Shown here: positions 1-13,775 of the stretch, in pieces | Layout: each line of letters starts with the position of its first letter | Position numbering within the stretch: position 1 is the first letter of the stretch | DNA from: Vitrella brassicaformis CCMP3155 | Lineage: Eukaryota > Protista > Chromerida | Length of the DNA stretch: 64,000 bases | NCBI GenBank assembly: GCA_001179505.1 | Contig: CDMY01000182.1 | Location: 112,301 to 176,300 of the forward strand | Reading direction: 5' to 3' | Program-made: the position numbers and the translations under genes | The notes under the pieces: generated by a model | Databases searched by the model: none | Told to the model about the DNA's origin: nothing | What the model saw: the letters and a program-made list of their open reading frames with translations, nothing else

Positions 1-2473
1 TTCATGGAGCGGCTCCTCCACACACGATCTGTCACCATCAGACTGTTCGACCCCATGCAGGTACGCATTGCGTTCATGGGTGGGTGGATGGGATGGGTGC
101 ACCGACCGGACTCACGGAAGGGACGGACAGAGACCGCACCACCTTCTGTCTGTTGTGCCACTCACTCTGCGTGCGTGCGTGCGGCAGTTGTTGGGCGAGG
201 CGGAGAACGTCAACGGCGAGGTGCTGGCATCCCCGTACGGCCTCTCGTCCGGTGGCGCCAGTCCCCAGGCGCAGCTCTCCTTCATGAGCCTCGCGAGCGG
301 CGGAGACCTCTCACTCTCACTCTCGCCTTCACCACAAGACGCATCAGGTGCAAATGACAACACCACGGACGGAACGGGGCTCAACGCAGCTGCCAATGGG
401 CCCCAGCAGCAGCAGCAACAGCAGCAGGGTGGTGGTGGTGGTGGTGTGGGTGATCGGTCGTCTGACAGCCTCCTGGACGATGCCGGGAAGCGGGGCAGTG
501 TCTTTGAGGGTGGCGGTGGTGGTGGTGGGTTTGGCGCGTTTGGTGGGGGGCAGGCCAGTGCAGACCCCAAGCAGCGGTTCCTCCGCCATTGGACACTGCA
601 GCCCATGGACATCAGACAAATCAGACTGCTCGACGTACGCCACGCGCATCGATCCATATGTGGACGCAGCGAACACCGATGGACTGACTGACGGATGGGC
701 ACCGGAACGTCTCTCTCTCCCTCTGTGTGTGTGTGTGTGTGTGCGTGTGTTGTGTGTGCAGTTGGTTGCGTGGGTGTCGTACCAGACCAAGATTCCTTCG
801 AGTCGTCTGCAGGTGACGTGCAGCCCCCTCACAGCACAGGAGCCATTCAGTGCATACCTCTGGAGAAACGGACGCGGCAACAGAGGCGAATCGGACGGCA
901 TGGTACGCAGCCAGGCACTAAGGACACACAGACACACAGACAGACAGACAGACAGGTGCACATCCATCCATCCATCCATTGTGTCTGTGTGTATGTGTGT
1001 GTGTTTGTGTGTCAGAAGCACACCTTGGCTGACATGTATCGGCACGACCCCATCGTGGTGCAGATGAGCATCATGCCCATCCCACGCGTACTCTTCGAAC
1101 GAGACTTCGCCGTCGAGGTCAGCGAGGTCAGCCAGACAGGCAGTCAGTCAGTCCATCGACCAGTCCAGTCAGCAAACAGATAGATAACCACACGACGTGT
1201 GCACAGTTAATCCCCTTTGTAATTCTCTTTGTCGGCTGTGTTTGTCTGTCTGTCTGTCTTTGCAGGAGGAGTCCCACCTGCGCCACCGTCTGATATGCGT
1301 GCGGCTCTTCAACGACGCCGTCGAGGTCGTCGGCTGCATCGCCATTCGGATTTGGATGTGGCTGTCAAGTAAACACACAGATGCCACCCACCCATCCACA
1401 CACCTGTCTGTCTGCCTTTCTGTGTGCGTCAGTGGCTGATCTGCTCAAGGAGGTCAAGAGACGCGTCACGCCAGGCAAACCATCTACTTACACACACACA
1501 CGCACACACACGCACACACACACAGAGAGAGAGAGACAGAAATGACAAGTGAATGGCCGTATGTATGTCTGTATGTCTGTGTGTGTGTCTTCCTGCAGAG
1601 ATGATAGCTCGTGGGTTCGACCCCAGCCGTCCGCTGCGTGTGTACCAGCCCAAGGACACTGGCACTCTGACCCTCCCGGGGTCCGTCATGACCAAGGTGG
1701 CTGAGCACCCCCTCGGCACCAATATGCAGGAGATCACAGACATCGACGACGGCCAGCCGCTCTCACACGTGCTCAACTGCATTGCCAAGCCGGGCCGCGA
1801 CAACCCTTTCTACTGGCACTTGAGGGTCGAGCACGCAGACGACCCCGACACGGCCGAACGACTCGTCAAGGAGGAACTCAAAGTCAGTCACCCAGGCACA
1901 GGCTGAACGGACACACGCACAGAGAGAGAGAGAAACGTCGAGGCAAATGAGAATGAACATCATTGCGTGGGTGGTTGGTGTGCGCGTTGATCGATCAGCA
2001 TGTGATGGTGGTGCATGCGAGTCCGCGCGAGAACAACCGGGCCTTCGGACACCAGTTCCTCATCACTATGGAGGTCGGTGGGTGGGTGGGCGGATGAACC
2101 AGGCAGTCTGGTTAACTGGACGATCTATCCACATACACACGCACACACGGACCACAACGGCCACCACAGTGGCAGCCGTCCCTACTTGTGTGTGTGTGTG
2201 TGTGTGTGTGTATGTTAGCGCGACGAGAGGGTTGGGTCGCTCAAGCAGCGCATCCAGAGGAAGGTCAAGCTGTCAGACAAAGAGTTCGCCAAGTACGGAC
2301 ACAAAGAGGGAAGGAGGGAGGGAAACACCCACGCCGCAGCATCAGTCACACACGGCCTTCCTGGCGTGGGTGTGCTGTGTCCTCCCTCCTTGTGTGCAGG
2401 TGGCGATTCTACAAGTGGGACCTCATACACAAGTCATTCCTCAGAGACGGTATGTCAAAGCACCTCCTACACA

Positions 2474-2510
<37 letters not shown>

Positions 2511-2874
2511 CCTTCATTCCTCTCCCTCATTGGCTCCATGTACGTGTGTGTATGTGTATGTGTTGGTTCATTCATTCATTCCTTCACTGATTGGTTGCAC
2601 AGACGACACGCTCGACTGGAACGCCAAGGCACTCATGCTGCTCGGTAGAGACACACACACACACACACACACAGACAGAGAGAGAGAGAGGGAGAGGGAG
2701 AGGGAGAGAGAGAGAGGTGTATCTCATCAATGCATACGTATGCGTGTGATGTGATGTGATGTGTGTGTGATTGACAAACGTACATGTGTGCACTCACTGG
2801 CTGCAGCTGAGCACGACAACCCCAACTCCCGCACACACCAGGCGCGGCGTGACAGGCCCCTCAGGATACGATGA
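1..2874 (+). CDS. USP7: USP7/UBP12-13-like ubiquitin-specific protease, C-terminal UBL region (5'-partial, multi-exon)
   Basis: Phase-consistent exons give HVMVVHASPRENNRAFGHQFLITME / RDERVGSLKQRIQRKVKLSDKEFAK / WRFYKWDLIHKSFLRD / DDTLDWNAKALMLL / AEHDNPNSRTHQARRDRPLRIR*, matching the USP7_C2 pattern (H..FG.PF, IQ.K...DKEF.KW.F, LEH...IR). Catalytic domain lies outside the window. Confidence 0.72.
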
Positions 2875-2875
2875 A

Positions 2876-2928
2876 GAAAGGAATGAAGGAATGAAGGAAT
2901 GAAGGAATGAAGGAATGAATGAAGGAAA
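2876..2928. repeat. (GAATGAAG)n short tandem repeat just after the USP7 stop
   Basis: About five copies of gaatgaag read directly. Confidence 0.8.
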
Positions 2929-3512
2929 TGAGTGACGTGCCGTCCTGTGTCGCCCCCCACTCCCCCCTTTGCTTTAAGGTGCCTCCCTGCCTCCCTGTCC
3001 GCCTGTCTGTCTGTCTGTCTGCGTGTGCGGTGGATAGCTAGTCAGTCCTCGGTGGCCTCTCTGTCTGAGTGATGCATGCAAGTATTCTGTCTGCATGTAG
3101 CTACGGACACACTGTGTATGGCCCCTCCTTTGTCGTTCTCTTGCTGCCTGTCTGCCTACCTGTCTCCCTGCCTGCGTGCCAGTCTGGGGCTTTTTTGGGC
3201 CAGTCAATGGACGGACGACTGGGGGATTCATTCATTCATCGATTCATTACATGCTCATACAGACATACAGACACCCACACACGTGACGCGACGAGACGAC
3301 CGACACCCAAGGGGGGCGGAGGGTCGTCTCTCTCTACCTAGCTGTCTGTCTGTCTGTCTGTCTGTGTACATACAGATGGCCCGCCAACCCACCGATCCAT
3401 CCATCCATTAATTGACTCATTCTCTGACACAGACAGGCACACGGGCTGGGAACAACCCGTGCACAATCTCTCTCTCTCTCTCTTTCTCTCTCTGTGTGTG
3501 TGGCTTTTCAAG

Positions 3513-5676
3513 GAATAGATGGATACAACAATGCAACGGAGGAAGGCGTCCCCATCCGTAAGTACGTCCCTATGCCTATGCCTATGCCTATGTGTGTGTG
3601 TGTGGGGGTACATTTATGTATGTATTCATCGGCGGCCAGCCATCCAGCCATCAGCCATGCACGACAGACAGACAGCCCGGCTATCGGTCTCTACAGTCGA
3701 TCAGTCAATCGATGACTTTCAACCCTGTGTAGGTAGGTAGGCAGGCAGGCAGGTAGACACAAAGAGAGACAGACAGACAGACGGCCGTACAATGACAGGT
3801 CAGAGGGTTCTTTTCAATTGCGGCATACGAACCAACGACCAGCAGTGGCGGACGGATGGGCGTGCGGGCGAGTAGCCGACGCGCGTAGCCGGCTCTCCAT
3901 TGCGTTGCGTTGCCCCCCTCCCCGGGCCCCTCCCTCTCTATTTGTGACGGTTTCACCGATCGAGTGTGAGCGTGCGGGGGTCATGCGAGCAGGGAGGCAC
4001 AGCCGAGATGGATGGATGAGTGGATGGGTGGGCTTGCTGCAGGCCTGTACCATACTGACTGATAGACATCAACCATTCCAATCAAAACCACCCGTGGGTG
4101 GGTGACATCATTGTCATGCTGTTTGGGTCTCAGAGAGAGAGGGAGAGAGGGAGTCCGGTGCAGGTGTGCCATTTGACAGCCTGCCTGCCTGAGCGGTTGT
4201 GGCGGTGGTGGGTGGGTACGTAAGGGGAGGGCTGAGGGTGTGGGGTACATGTGCCGTTTTGTCAGATGCACGTGCATGCTTGGATGGATGGATGGACGAT
4301 GGATGGATTGCATGAATGAATGAACAAATACACTCAGTGGCCCGTGGCATGCTATCTACCTATTCTACGGTTCTATCTATCACTCTATCTACTCAGTGTT
4401 TGCTCATGCATGTGGGAGGCGACCAGATTTTATAAGTCTGTCTGCCTACCTGCCTGCGTGCCTGTATGTATGTTGTTGGCTGGTTCACGCACGCGCACAC
4501 TCGCCCCCTCCCTCCCTCCCTCGCTCATCGATTGAGGCGCTCATCGATTGAGGCCTGCCTTGCTGGCTTCCCTCCCTCCCTCTTGTGTGCACGTGTGTCT
4601 ATGCCTTTCTCTCTCTCCCTCCCTCCTTGTGTGCCTGCCTGCTATTTGTATGCATCAAGATGCGTGTGTGTGTGTGTGTGTGGTTTGCGTCCATGTCTGT
4701 GTGTGTGTCTGACTGACAAGTCCAGCTGTGTGTGTGATCGTGTCTGTTTCTGTCAATCAATCAATGAGTGTACGCGTGAGCCGAGGGCCCGGGCGAGTGT
4801 GTGGCATCGTCAAAGAAACATCCTTTTGATGAGAAGAATTGTAGATACGGCATCCAAGAGGTCCCCAAAGAGGTCGGCAGCGGATTGTACTGCGTCGCAG
4901 TGCACGTATGTGGCGAAGAGGAATCCTTGACTGACGACTGGAGCCACTGTCAGTCAGAACACCTGTTTCCTTGTTGGTTGCCACTTCATGCAGGACGTGA
5001 AGATCAAGATCCCCGTCGGCAAGGAATACGTCATTTCAACGCACCGGGTTGGGGAGGCATACTTCATTGCAAACGGATTCGTGGATTCAGTCCACATCAA
5101 ATACAGCGAGGAAGAAGAAAAAACCTACTGGTTCAAGTGGCTTAGTAGAGCGACACACATGCACAGCCACTGAGAGACACTGAAGACGATATGTGGATGT
5201 GCACACATGCACACCGCAGGCGCTGCGGCGTGGAAGTCCACCCCAAACCCTAAGTCCACCCGCGCCTTCGTTGAAACAGGTACAAGGCCGACAAATGGAG
5301 GGCGCTCGAGTGGTATACGCTGTTTGTGTGTGTCCGTGGCCCATACAGGTGCATCTGCTGAGTTGTCGTCTGCTGCCCGTCTGCGGCTTTCGCTGGTCCA
5401 GCAGAAGATGCAGCACGGCAAGGCCATGTACAAGGCCGCCATAGCAATGCACGAGGCCGCCATAGCGACGCACGCGGCCGCCATTGACATCATCGAGACC
5501 GCCGAGCGCCAGCTGGGCGCCATCGACACGGGGGCCAACGGAGGCGCATTCATCCAACACACACAGCAGACCGAAGGTATATAAAGCCACTCATCTTGAC
5601 GCCACATGCATGTGGATATGCACTTACTTACGGGCTGCCTGTGTGTGTGTGTGCAGGTAACGCGCAAGCAGTTTAA
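3513..5676 (+). CDS. Hypothetical multi-exon protein with C-terminal amphipathic helical module; 5' end unresolved
   Basis: Exons 4781-4906, 4994-5145, 5220-5279, 5349-5576 and 5657-5676 splice in phase (…GSGLYCVAVH DVKIKIPVGKEY…WFKWL SAAAWKST…VET GASAELSSAARLRLSLVQQKMQHGKAMYKAA…QTE GNAQAV*). 3513-3557 is a possible upstream phase 1-1 exon. Confidence 0.55.
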
Positions 5677-5962
5677 GATCAAGGAGCACTGCAAAGCTCC
5701 CTCTGCCTCCAGTGTGGGCGCCCAATGCACACATTCGATCGTGCGACTACATGAAAGGATGCTTCTGTGACGAATACTACCCTTAGCTCGCTACCGGAAG
5801 GAGAGGAATGGTAACACGACCATAGGGACCAACCATTGTATGTGGGTATCTATGGGACACACACAGGGGTGGGTGCCATGAAAGGGGTCCGTCCGTCCGT
5901 CCATCCATGGGCGACCTTGTTTTCTTCGCTCTGTGTGTGTGTGTGGGGGGGGGGGGGGGGGC

Positions 5963-6262
5963 NNNNNNNNNNNNNNNNNNNNNNNNNNNNNNNNNNNNNN
6001 NNNNNNNNNNNNNNNNNNNNNNNNNNNNNNNNNNNNNNNNNNNNNNNNNNNNNNNNNNNNNNNNNNNNNNNNNNNNNNNNNNNNNNNNNNNNNNNNNNNN
6101 NNNNNNNNNNNNNNNNNNNNNNNNNNNNNNNNNNNNNNNNNNNNNNNNNNNNNNNNNNNNNNNNNNNNNNNNNNNNNNNNNNNNNNNNNNNNNNNNNNNN
6201 NNNNNNNNNNNNNNNNNNNNNNNNNNNNNNNNNNNNNNNNNNNNNNNNNNNNNNNNNNNNNN
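5963..6262. other. Assembly gap (300 N) flanked by poly-G runs
   Basis: N run read directly; G tracts on both sides. Confidence 0.98.
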
Positions 6263-6711
6263 GGGGGGGGGCATCTGCACCGCACTTTTTGACCCGCAAT
6301 TGCCGCTCGCTCCCCCCCCCTCTTCCCCCGCTCTCTCGTGTTATGTGTGTATGATTTGCTATACGACGACCTTTGAACTTTCGGACACGCCACCAATATA
6401 TATATAGACTATTTCAAAGCGCACATGAAGTCTTTTTGTTTTTTTGTTTTTCATTTTCATTTTCATTTTCGTTTTTCATTATCGGTTCCAATTCTCATTT
6501 CCACCACGCCCCGCTAGCACTCAAGTCCCGTTTCACTAGTGATTATCGCTGCCCGGCCGTTGCGTTTGTTTGGTCATTTTCACTGTTACTTTCTGCGTCG
6601 TGCTGCAAGTTTAATCCCATGTCTCCCCACCTTTTTTTTTCTTTTAAACCTCATTTTGTGACTGCAAAGCAGCACGACGAATGTGCATTAATCTCGCCAT
6701 TAGAAGGAAGA

Positions 6712-6955
6712 AGGAACCAACGAAGAGGCTGGCCATGAATGACTTATCCATTGTCTCTGTCTTGTCCATCCACCAGTCCAGGTGATGATCTTCCCTAACA
6801 TGATCTTCCCTAACATAGCAGAGATCATTGCTAAGGAGGTGAGCATCTCTCCGTCTTCTTCTGCGATGCCCATTCTGGAGAAATGCGCGGGTATTCTCGT
6901 GCTGATTACGATTGAAGCCTTCATGGAGACCATTCTGATTACCGTCCGTGAGACA
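6712..6955 (+). pseudogene. Isolated fragment of the multi-TM gene family (near-identical inverted copy of ~15537-15772)
   Basis: Matches the reverse complement of 15537-15772 (…IIAKEVSISPSSSAMPILEKCAGILVLITIEAFMETILITV…) and carries an internal 15 bp duplication gatcttccctaacat. Confidence 0.7.
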
Positions 6956-7816
6956 TGATCACAATGGTGGACACACAACACACATGACACCCACACACAT
7001 GGATGGATGGATGGATGTGCACTCAGTTACCTTCGCAGCCTCGCACGCTCCTTAATGCGCTCCCATGCCCACCCCTCGCTGCCCTCCCTCTCCGCCTCCT
7101 TCTCCTCCTCTACATCGTCCTCTGACTGGTCATCAAAATCCTCTCTCTGTCTCTGTGGGCTGCGCAGAGGAGGCTTCTTGCTGCCCCCTCCCCCCAAGTT
7201 GTGAGCCACGTACGAGTGGCAGTGAACAGGTGCGTGTTTGTGTTATACCACTGGTAGGCAAGAGAGAGAGAATGAGCTCGTCCTCACCATCATCAGAGGC
7301 TGAGGTTACAGGTAAAGGCTCACAGACATATCATCGTCTCTTGCGATCCCTCTCTATGTCCTCCGCCGTCGCTGAGGATGGTGCATGCTGGCGTGTTTGT
7401 CGCGTGATTGAGAGTTGGTCGTTTGACGCAGTTCATTTCATGAGAGACCGACAGACTCTACCTGCCGTTACGCTATGACTCATCAATGTGTTTCCACAGG
7501 AGCCCAGATTTGCTAGGGTTTGTTACGTAATACAAGATCTCCATCTCTAAACCACCCACATATCCACGGACACACACACACACACACACACGTGTCAAAA
7601 ATCGCATACATTCGTGCAGCCATTCGTTCTTCGTCACAGGAGAGAGGGGAGGGGAACGGGGGTATCAACAGTGTATGTTAACATGCACGCGCCAGTCAGT
7701 CAGTCAGTCACAAAAATCTAGCAGCATCTCATCGACCTTCTTACATAGACGCGCTCACCCACGCACACGAGGGAGGCCGTGCGCACGCCGAGACATCCTG
7801 GACGCCCTCACGCCAT

Positions 7817-10800
7817 TCACGCGGCGACGGCCACCTTAGTCTCCTCTTGCTGGTCCTCCTCTTCTGACGGCGGCTCCACCCAACGGCCGTGCTCCTGACA
7901 GACGCACACAGAGCGAGACACAGAGAGAGACAGGGAGGCACAGGTTGGTGTCGTGTCTCGTGTGAATGGGCTGTGTTGTGTGGCTCAGTGGGTGGCTGAC
8001 CTTGATGAGGTCCACGAGTCTGTCGCAGGCCTCCTCGTTGGGGATGCCCCGCTTGACCACCTCCTTTCCCACATACAGGTCGACCTTCCCAGGCGCCCCA
8101 CCCACATAGCCGAAGTCCGCATCCGCCATCTCACCCGGACCATTGACGATGCACCTACAAACACAACACACAACACACAACACACAGCGCCCACAGTGTG
8201 CTCATGCCGCCCGTGAGCGTGTTTCGTGGCTCTGAGCGCTTACCCCATGACAGCGATTGAGACGCCCGGCAGGTGTCCCGTTTTCTGCCGTATCTGTTCG
8301 GTGACCTCCTGCAGGTCGAATAGCGTCCGACCGCACGAGGGGCACGAGATGAACTCGGTCTTGATGTTGCGCATCCGGGAACCCTAAAAGCGTGTGGATG
8401 TGCCTGTGTGGTGCTGCAGCTCCGTGCGTGTGTGAATGAGTGTGGCCTCACTTGAAGGATGCTGAAAGAGATGAGCCTGAGGTCCTCAAGGGAGAGCGGG
8501 GCGGAGGCGGGCAGACCACCCTGTGGGAACACCCCCACACACAGGTACCATGGTGTGTGCTTGTGTGTGCCTGTGCTACGCTATGCGTCTGTGTATCCAC
8601 TCCCCTCTCACCTCGACCTCGACCATGATTCCCTCGCCGAGTGCGTCCACCAGCAGAGACCCCACCTCCACACCGCTTGATATCACCAAATCCTGCACAC
8701 ACAACACAACCACACGCGCAAATGGATGCGACACATAGATATCTGCAGCCGCATCCCCGGCCACCCACATACGCACATACGCACAGACCTCAGCGTCGCT
8801 CGCCTCCTCTTGGGTAAAGTAGAGGTGGTGGATCACTGCCACCCTCAGGCCCGCGCGCTTGATGTGGTCGAACACCCTCCTCGAGGCGTGCAACCGACTC
8901 AACGACGGCTTGATGCGCAACAGAATCAAGGCCGGGGACGGCTGAAACACCACACACACACACACACGCACACGTCGGTTGTGCAGGGTTTGCTGTGTGT
9001 CTGTCTGTCTGTCTCTCTGGTTTCCCATGTTGGTTCGTACTTTCATTGTGCTGAGCTGCTGGAGCTCGTCATCGGTCTCATCGCCTTCCACCTCAACCGC
9101 AAGACGAATCACACCCTCGGGGAGCGCATAACCTGCACGCCCACATCCACCCACGGATGGATGGACGAGTGCATAGAAATGTGTGTGTGCAGCGGTTGTG
9201 TGTGTGTGTGTGTCTACCGTCAGGGCCGGTATCTCTGATGTACTCCTTCAGAGTTATCACCCCAACCGCATCGGCGACTGTGGGTGATTGAGTGGGTGAG
9301 CGTGTGTGCAGAGCACAGAGGACAACAAATGCCATCGATTTTGGCTTGTGCGAGTGGTCTGTGTATCTTCGTGCTTTGCTTCTGTGGCTCACGTGGCTTT
9401 GCCCTCAGCTCTGCCATGGGCGCCAGGATGCCCACGTTCACCTACAGAGAGGTATCCCATAACACACATCGCATTGCATTTTCGCGAAAAGCTGTGCCAC
9501 GTGGGTATGTACAGCGCACATACCTCCTGCAGTCGTCTGAGTGCGAGCCTCCTGCCGGCGTCGTCCGTGTCGGGCAGGCGGCGCATGAAGATCGAGTCGC
9601 TCGTGGCGATGTCCTTGAAGGGCATACCCACCACCAGCTTGCACCCAAGCTGCGCGTACAGCTTGTCCTGTGACACACAGCGCCACACAACGGGGAGCGG
9701 TCAGGGGGGCTGTTGGGTGGCTGGGTACACCCTCACAGGTTGTTGCAGGTCGTCAAGTGTGACGGCGCTGAGGACCGATCCGTCTCGGTTGAGGAGGCCC
9801 CGCACGTCCCACGTGTCCGACGGCTCCTGGGAGGGAAGATCCACCTGGGGTCGCGCAATCACATACACACATAGATACAACAACATGCAGCAATCGAGTC
9901 GATGTGCGCATATTCATGAGCTTGGTGTGTGTCTGTCTCGTGTTGTGTCTGTCGTGGTGTACTGTACGCACCTCTCTCCTCGAGAAGGTCTGGAAGTCGC
10001 GTGTAGTCTCTTCGAACTCGGGGACAGCCAACTGCACACAAACACACCACATCACATCACATCACATCAACTACAAGTGCGGTGGGTGGGGAGGCAGTGG
10101 CTGCATCAAGCACCTGTTTCTGTCTCGCTTCGGGTGTCAGTTTGCTCCTGGCGATGTCGGCCAGCTTCCCACAGGGCGTCAGCTCGTACCACGGGTCCTG
10201 ACAAGCAGGTGGAGGGGACAAACACACACACACGTTGAAACATCCACCCAAATGTGTGCATACGTTTGTGTGAGGATCTGTCTGCGCGCGAGTGTGCGTG
10301 TCGGTGGGGTGGCTCCCTCGCCCCCTCCCTCCCTCCTTGCTGCATATGGTACGTACCTCAGTGAGTGAGACCCTGATTGTGTCGCCGATGCCGTCCTGCA
10401 GCAGCGCGCCGATGCCTATGGCGCTCTTGATGCGACCATCCTCACCTGCAAGACAACACACCATTCACAACTACCTGTTTGTGTGTGTACTGTGGGATAT
10501 TCTGCCTCTCACCTTCGCCCGCCTCGGTGACGCCCAGGTGTATGGGGTAGGCGAAGCCGCGCGCATACATCTCGGCTACCAACAGCCGATATGCCTGCAC
10601 ACGCACATTGACAAATCGATAGGTAGGTGATACAGACAGGCGCGTGTGTCGGCGTGTGTGTATGGGGGCAGGGGGATACCTGCGCCATGACTAGCGGGTT
10701 GCTGGCCTTCATCGAGAAGCAGAAATTGTGATAGTCGTTGGCCCTGACACCCATACACGTATTGGGTATGACATGGCTGAATATGCGGGCACCTGCTGCC

Positions 10801-12469
10801 CCCCTCCCTCCCTCCCCCAGCACAATTCCCTCCCCACCGGCAGATGTCTGCAAATTCCAGCGCCGACTCGACCATGCCTCTCGGGGTGTCACCTGCACAC
10901 ACCCACCCCACAGACGCATCTTCATGTGTGTACATCCCTTATGTGTGTGTAGATCCGATCCGTGTGTTATGGGTGGGTACCGACCGAAGAAAGAGAGGAT
11001 CCTGTTGCTGAGAGAGCCGTGGTTGGTGCCGATGCGCATCGCCCGGCCCAGTGACTTGCACTTCTCAACCAAAGGGGTGAACAGCTGATGGATTGTACGT
11101 ACCCAGGTGCCCAGACACAACGTCACACTTGTGTGTAGGGACGGACATACAGCACGGCCTCTCTGCGTGTGTCCGTGTCTGTGGCCTCTCGCTAATTAAC
11201 CTCTTCGATGCGCTCACGGCCCTTCAGGAAGTCACTGTAGTCGTCAAACACCTGAACAACGCACACACACGCGGTCATGCGAACTATCTGCACGCACAAT
11301 GCACAGTGTGGGCGCTCGCGGCACTTACCAGTTGGTCGAATTTCTTGGCCCCGTCGGCGAAGTTGCCTGGGTTGACGCGCACCTTCTCAAAGGCGTCGGC
11401 AACCATCATGGCCACCTGTCACACCACACACAAGACCACACACGAGACAACACATCCATTCATGATCCATCCATCCATCCAGGGCTGGGTGGCTGACCTT
11501 TGGGGCAAAGTGTATGTCGGCCACGAGAGGGATGTCGTATCCTTTTTTGAAGAGCTCCTCGCGGATGGCGGCGGCGGCCTCGGCCTCCTTGAGGCCCTGC
11601 ACCGTCAGACGACAGATGTCCGCACCCGCATCGGCGATACGCATCACCTAATCCAACCAACCAGCCAGCCAATGCAAGGCACAGGAAGGCGTTCAGGATT
11701 CAGGTCAGGTCAGGTCACTCGGGCAGCGGCCATGTTTGTCCGTGTGCGTGTCACGTCACCTGCTCGACACTGGCTTTGACGTCTCTAGTGTCTGACGTGG
11801 TCATCGTCTGCAACGCGATGCGATGCTGGCCGCCTGCATCCGTCGCGTCGCACCCATACACAAGGTCGAGTGACGTGCACGTCTGCAGTGCATGCCAGCC
11901 AACAGTGTGTGCCCGCACCTACCTATCGGCACTTTGCCGATCCACACGGTCTGCGAAGGAAACCTGCAAGACAAAAGGCGTCCGTCCATGAGTGAGCGCT
12001 CGGAGGCAGGCAGACATGACATAACGATAGACGGCGGTCGATGGACTGTGCTGACCTCTCAGTGGTCCTCAGCGACTCGCAGTACTTCTTGAGGTCGGCC
12101 GGCGACGTCTGTCCGGGCATCAGGATGGGCGACGCTGCCTCGGTGTCCATCAGCTACACACAGCATGCACAAACACAACACAGCACAGGACGCTCTCATG
12201 CAGCTGACGTTGTGCCATGATGTGCTGCACTCACGTATTGACTGCGCCGTAGCCTCTGAAGACGCGGACCGTCAGACCTGCACAATTTAACACACCAGAG
12301 CCATATGGTACAGACAGACAGCCATTGCCTGCACACAGGTAGACAGACGCACACACACACACACACACCTGAGTGGTGTTGTGCCAGGCACCACGAATGC
12401 GCCGCCAATCTCGCCGCATCGACCAACGTGACTGCCTGCCAACAGCAGGAGCAGTGCGGCTGAGCGCAT
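7817..12469 (-). CDS. ispG: (E)-4-hydroxy-3-methylbut-2-enyl diphosphate synthase (IspG/GcpE), plastid-targeted, MEP pathway
   Basis: Exons encode [11 protein letters not shown]…[64 protein letters not shown] and [30 protein letters not shown]-terminal signal peptide [12 protein letters not shown]…GAFVVP. Confidence 0.95.
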
Positions 12470-12784
12470 GGCAGAGCCAGCCACGCACTTCATTCACGGA
12501 CGCCCGAGATGCGATGTGACGCAGATCAAAATCCGCACCGGATGTCAAACTCTGACCTTTTTTGGCTTGGCCAGCGTCTTATTGCAAGCGCATGACCTCG
12601 GATCTTGGCGAAAAAGGTGGTCGCCTCTTGCGAGCTTTTCAATACAGGGTGTTTCAATACAGCAACGCGCATTGCGAAGAAGCAGAGCGCTGCCAGGCCT
12701 TGTTGCAATCGATTAAGTTTGTTTTAAGTCCGCGAAGGCGCAGAGATGTCGTCGTCGTCGAGTGGCAGCGGAGATCCGAAGAAG

Positions 12785-13775
12785 ATGCGTCTGCTGTCGC
12801 TGACACTGTACCGCTGGAAGCCCGACCACCCGGTGGAGCTGTCGAGTCACTATGACCTCTCCCACTTCCCCTTCTTCCAGCGCAAGACGGTGCAGGAGCA
12901 CATTCGGTTCCACAGCCGGCTGATATGCGCCCGCACGCCCGTCGGCCGCCGCCAGTCGGTGGAGTTCGAGCAGAACCTCGGCAACTGCCACGTGTACGTG
13001 CACCCATCGGGCCTCGCAGCCGCCGTACTCACCAGCGCAGAGTACCCAATGCGGGTGGCTTTCTCGATGCTCAGCGAAGTCCTCAGGCTATTCCAAGACG
13101 TATGTAAGCACGGAGCGGAGAGCATTTGTCGCTCTGCATCGCACCCTACCATTGTGGGAGAGAGGGAGGGAGGGAGGGAGGGGCATGGCACGCACAGCAT
13201 AACACAAACACTGATGATTTTTCCAATTTTCCTCGTGTGTTTTGTGTTGTGTTGTGTGCAGAAGTATGGTGGTCAGTGGGAGAACACCGACGCCGACAGG
13301 TCCATCGGCTTCACGGAGGGCGACGAGTACGTCAAGAAGTTCCAAAACCCCGCAGAGGCTGACAAACTCACCAAAGTGCAAAAGGACCTGGACGAGGTCA
13401 GTCAGCCACCGGTGGCATGCCATGCCATCCACATGGGGCAGGCAGCAGACATTAAAACAAAACGACCGATTGATCAGCGCATGTGCGTGTGTGTACGTGT
13501 GGGTGTAGGTGAAGGACGTGATGCTCAAGTCCATAGGTGAGATGCGCTGCTCGTTAGCTACACACACACACACTCATCCACAGACACACCAGACCCTTGT
13601 GTGTGACGTGACCTGGCGTGTGTGTTGTCGTCCGTCCATTCATTTATCAGAGGATTTGCTGCAGCGTGGCGAGACGCTCGATTCGCTCATGCAGAAGAGC
13701 ACTGACCTCAGCCAGACGTCATACCAATTCTATCGGACAGCCAAGAAGAACAACCAATGCTGTCAGCTTTACTGA
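12785..13775 (+). CDS. YKT6: YKT6 longin R-SNARE (alternative start 12746)
   Basis: Longin domain (DLSHFPFFQRKTVQEHIRF…EYPMRVAF), ADKLTKVQKDLDEV, SNARE LLQRGETLDSLMQKSTDLS and C-terminal di-cysteine prenylation motif CCQLY*. Confidence 0.95.

Noticed and set aside
5783-6407. ORFs spanning the N gap
   Set aside because: Artefacts of unknown bases.
7027-7209. Acidic exon-like ORF MAHNLGGGGSKKPP… with a GT donor
   Set aside because: No downstream exon could be joined; too little to call a gene.
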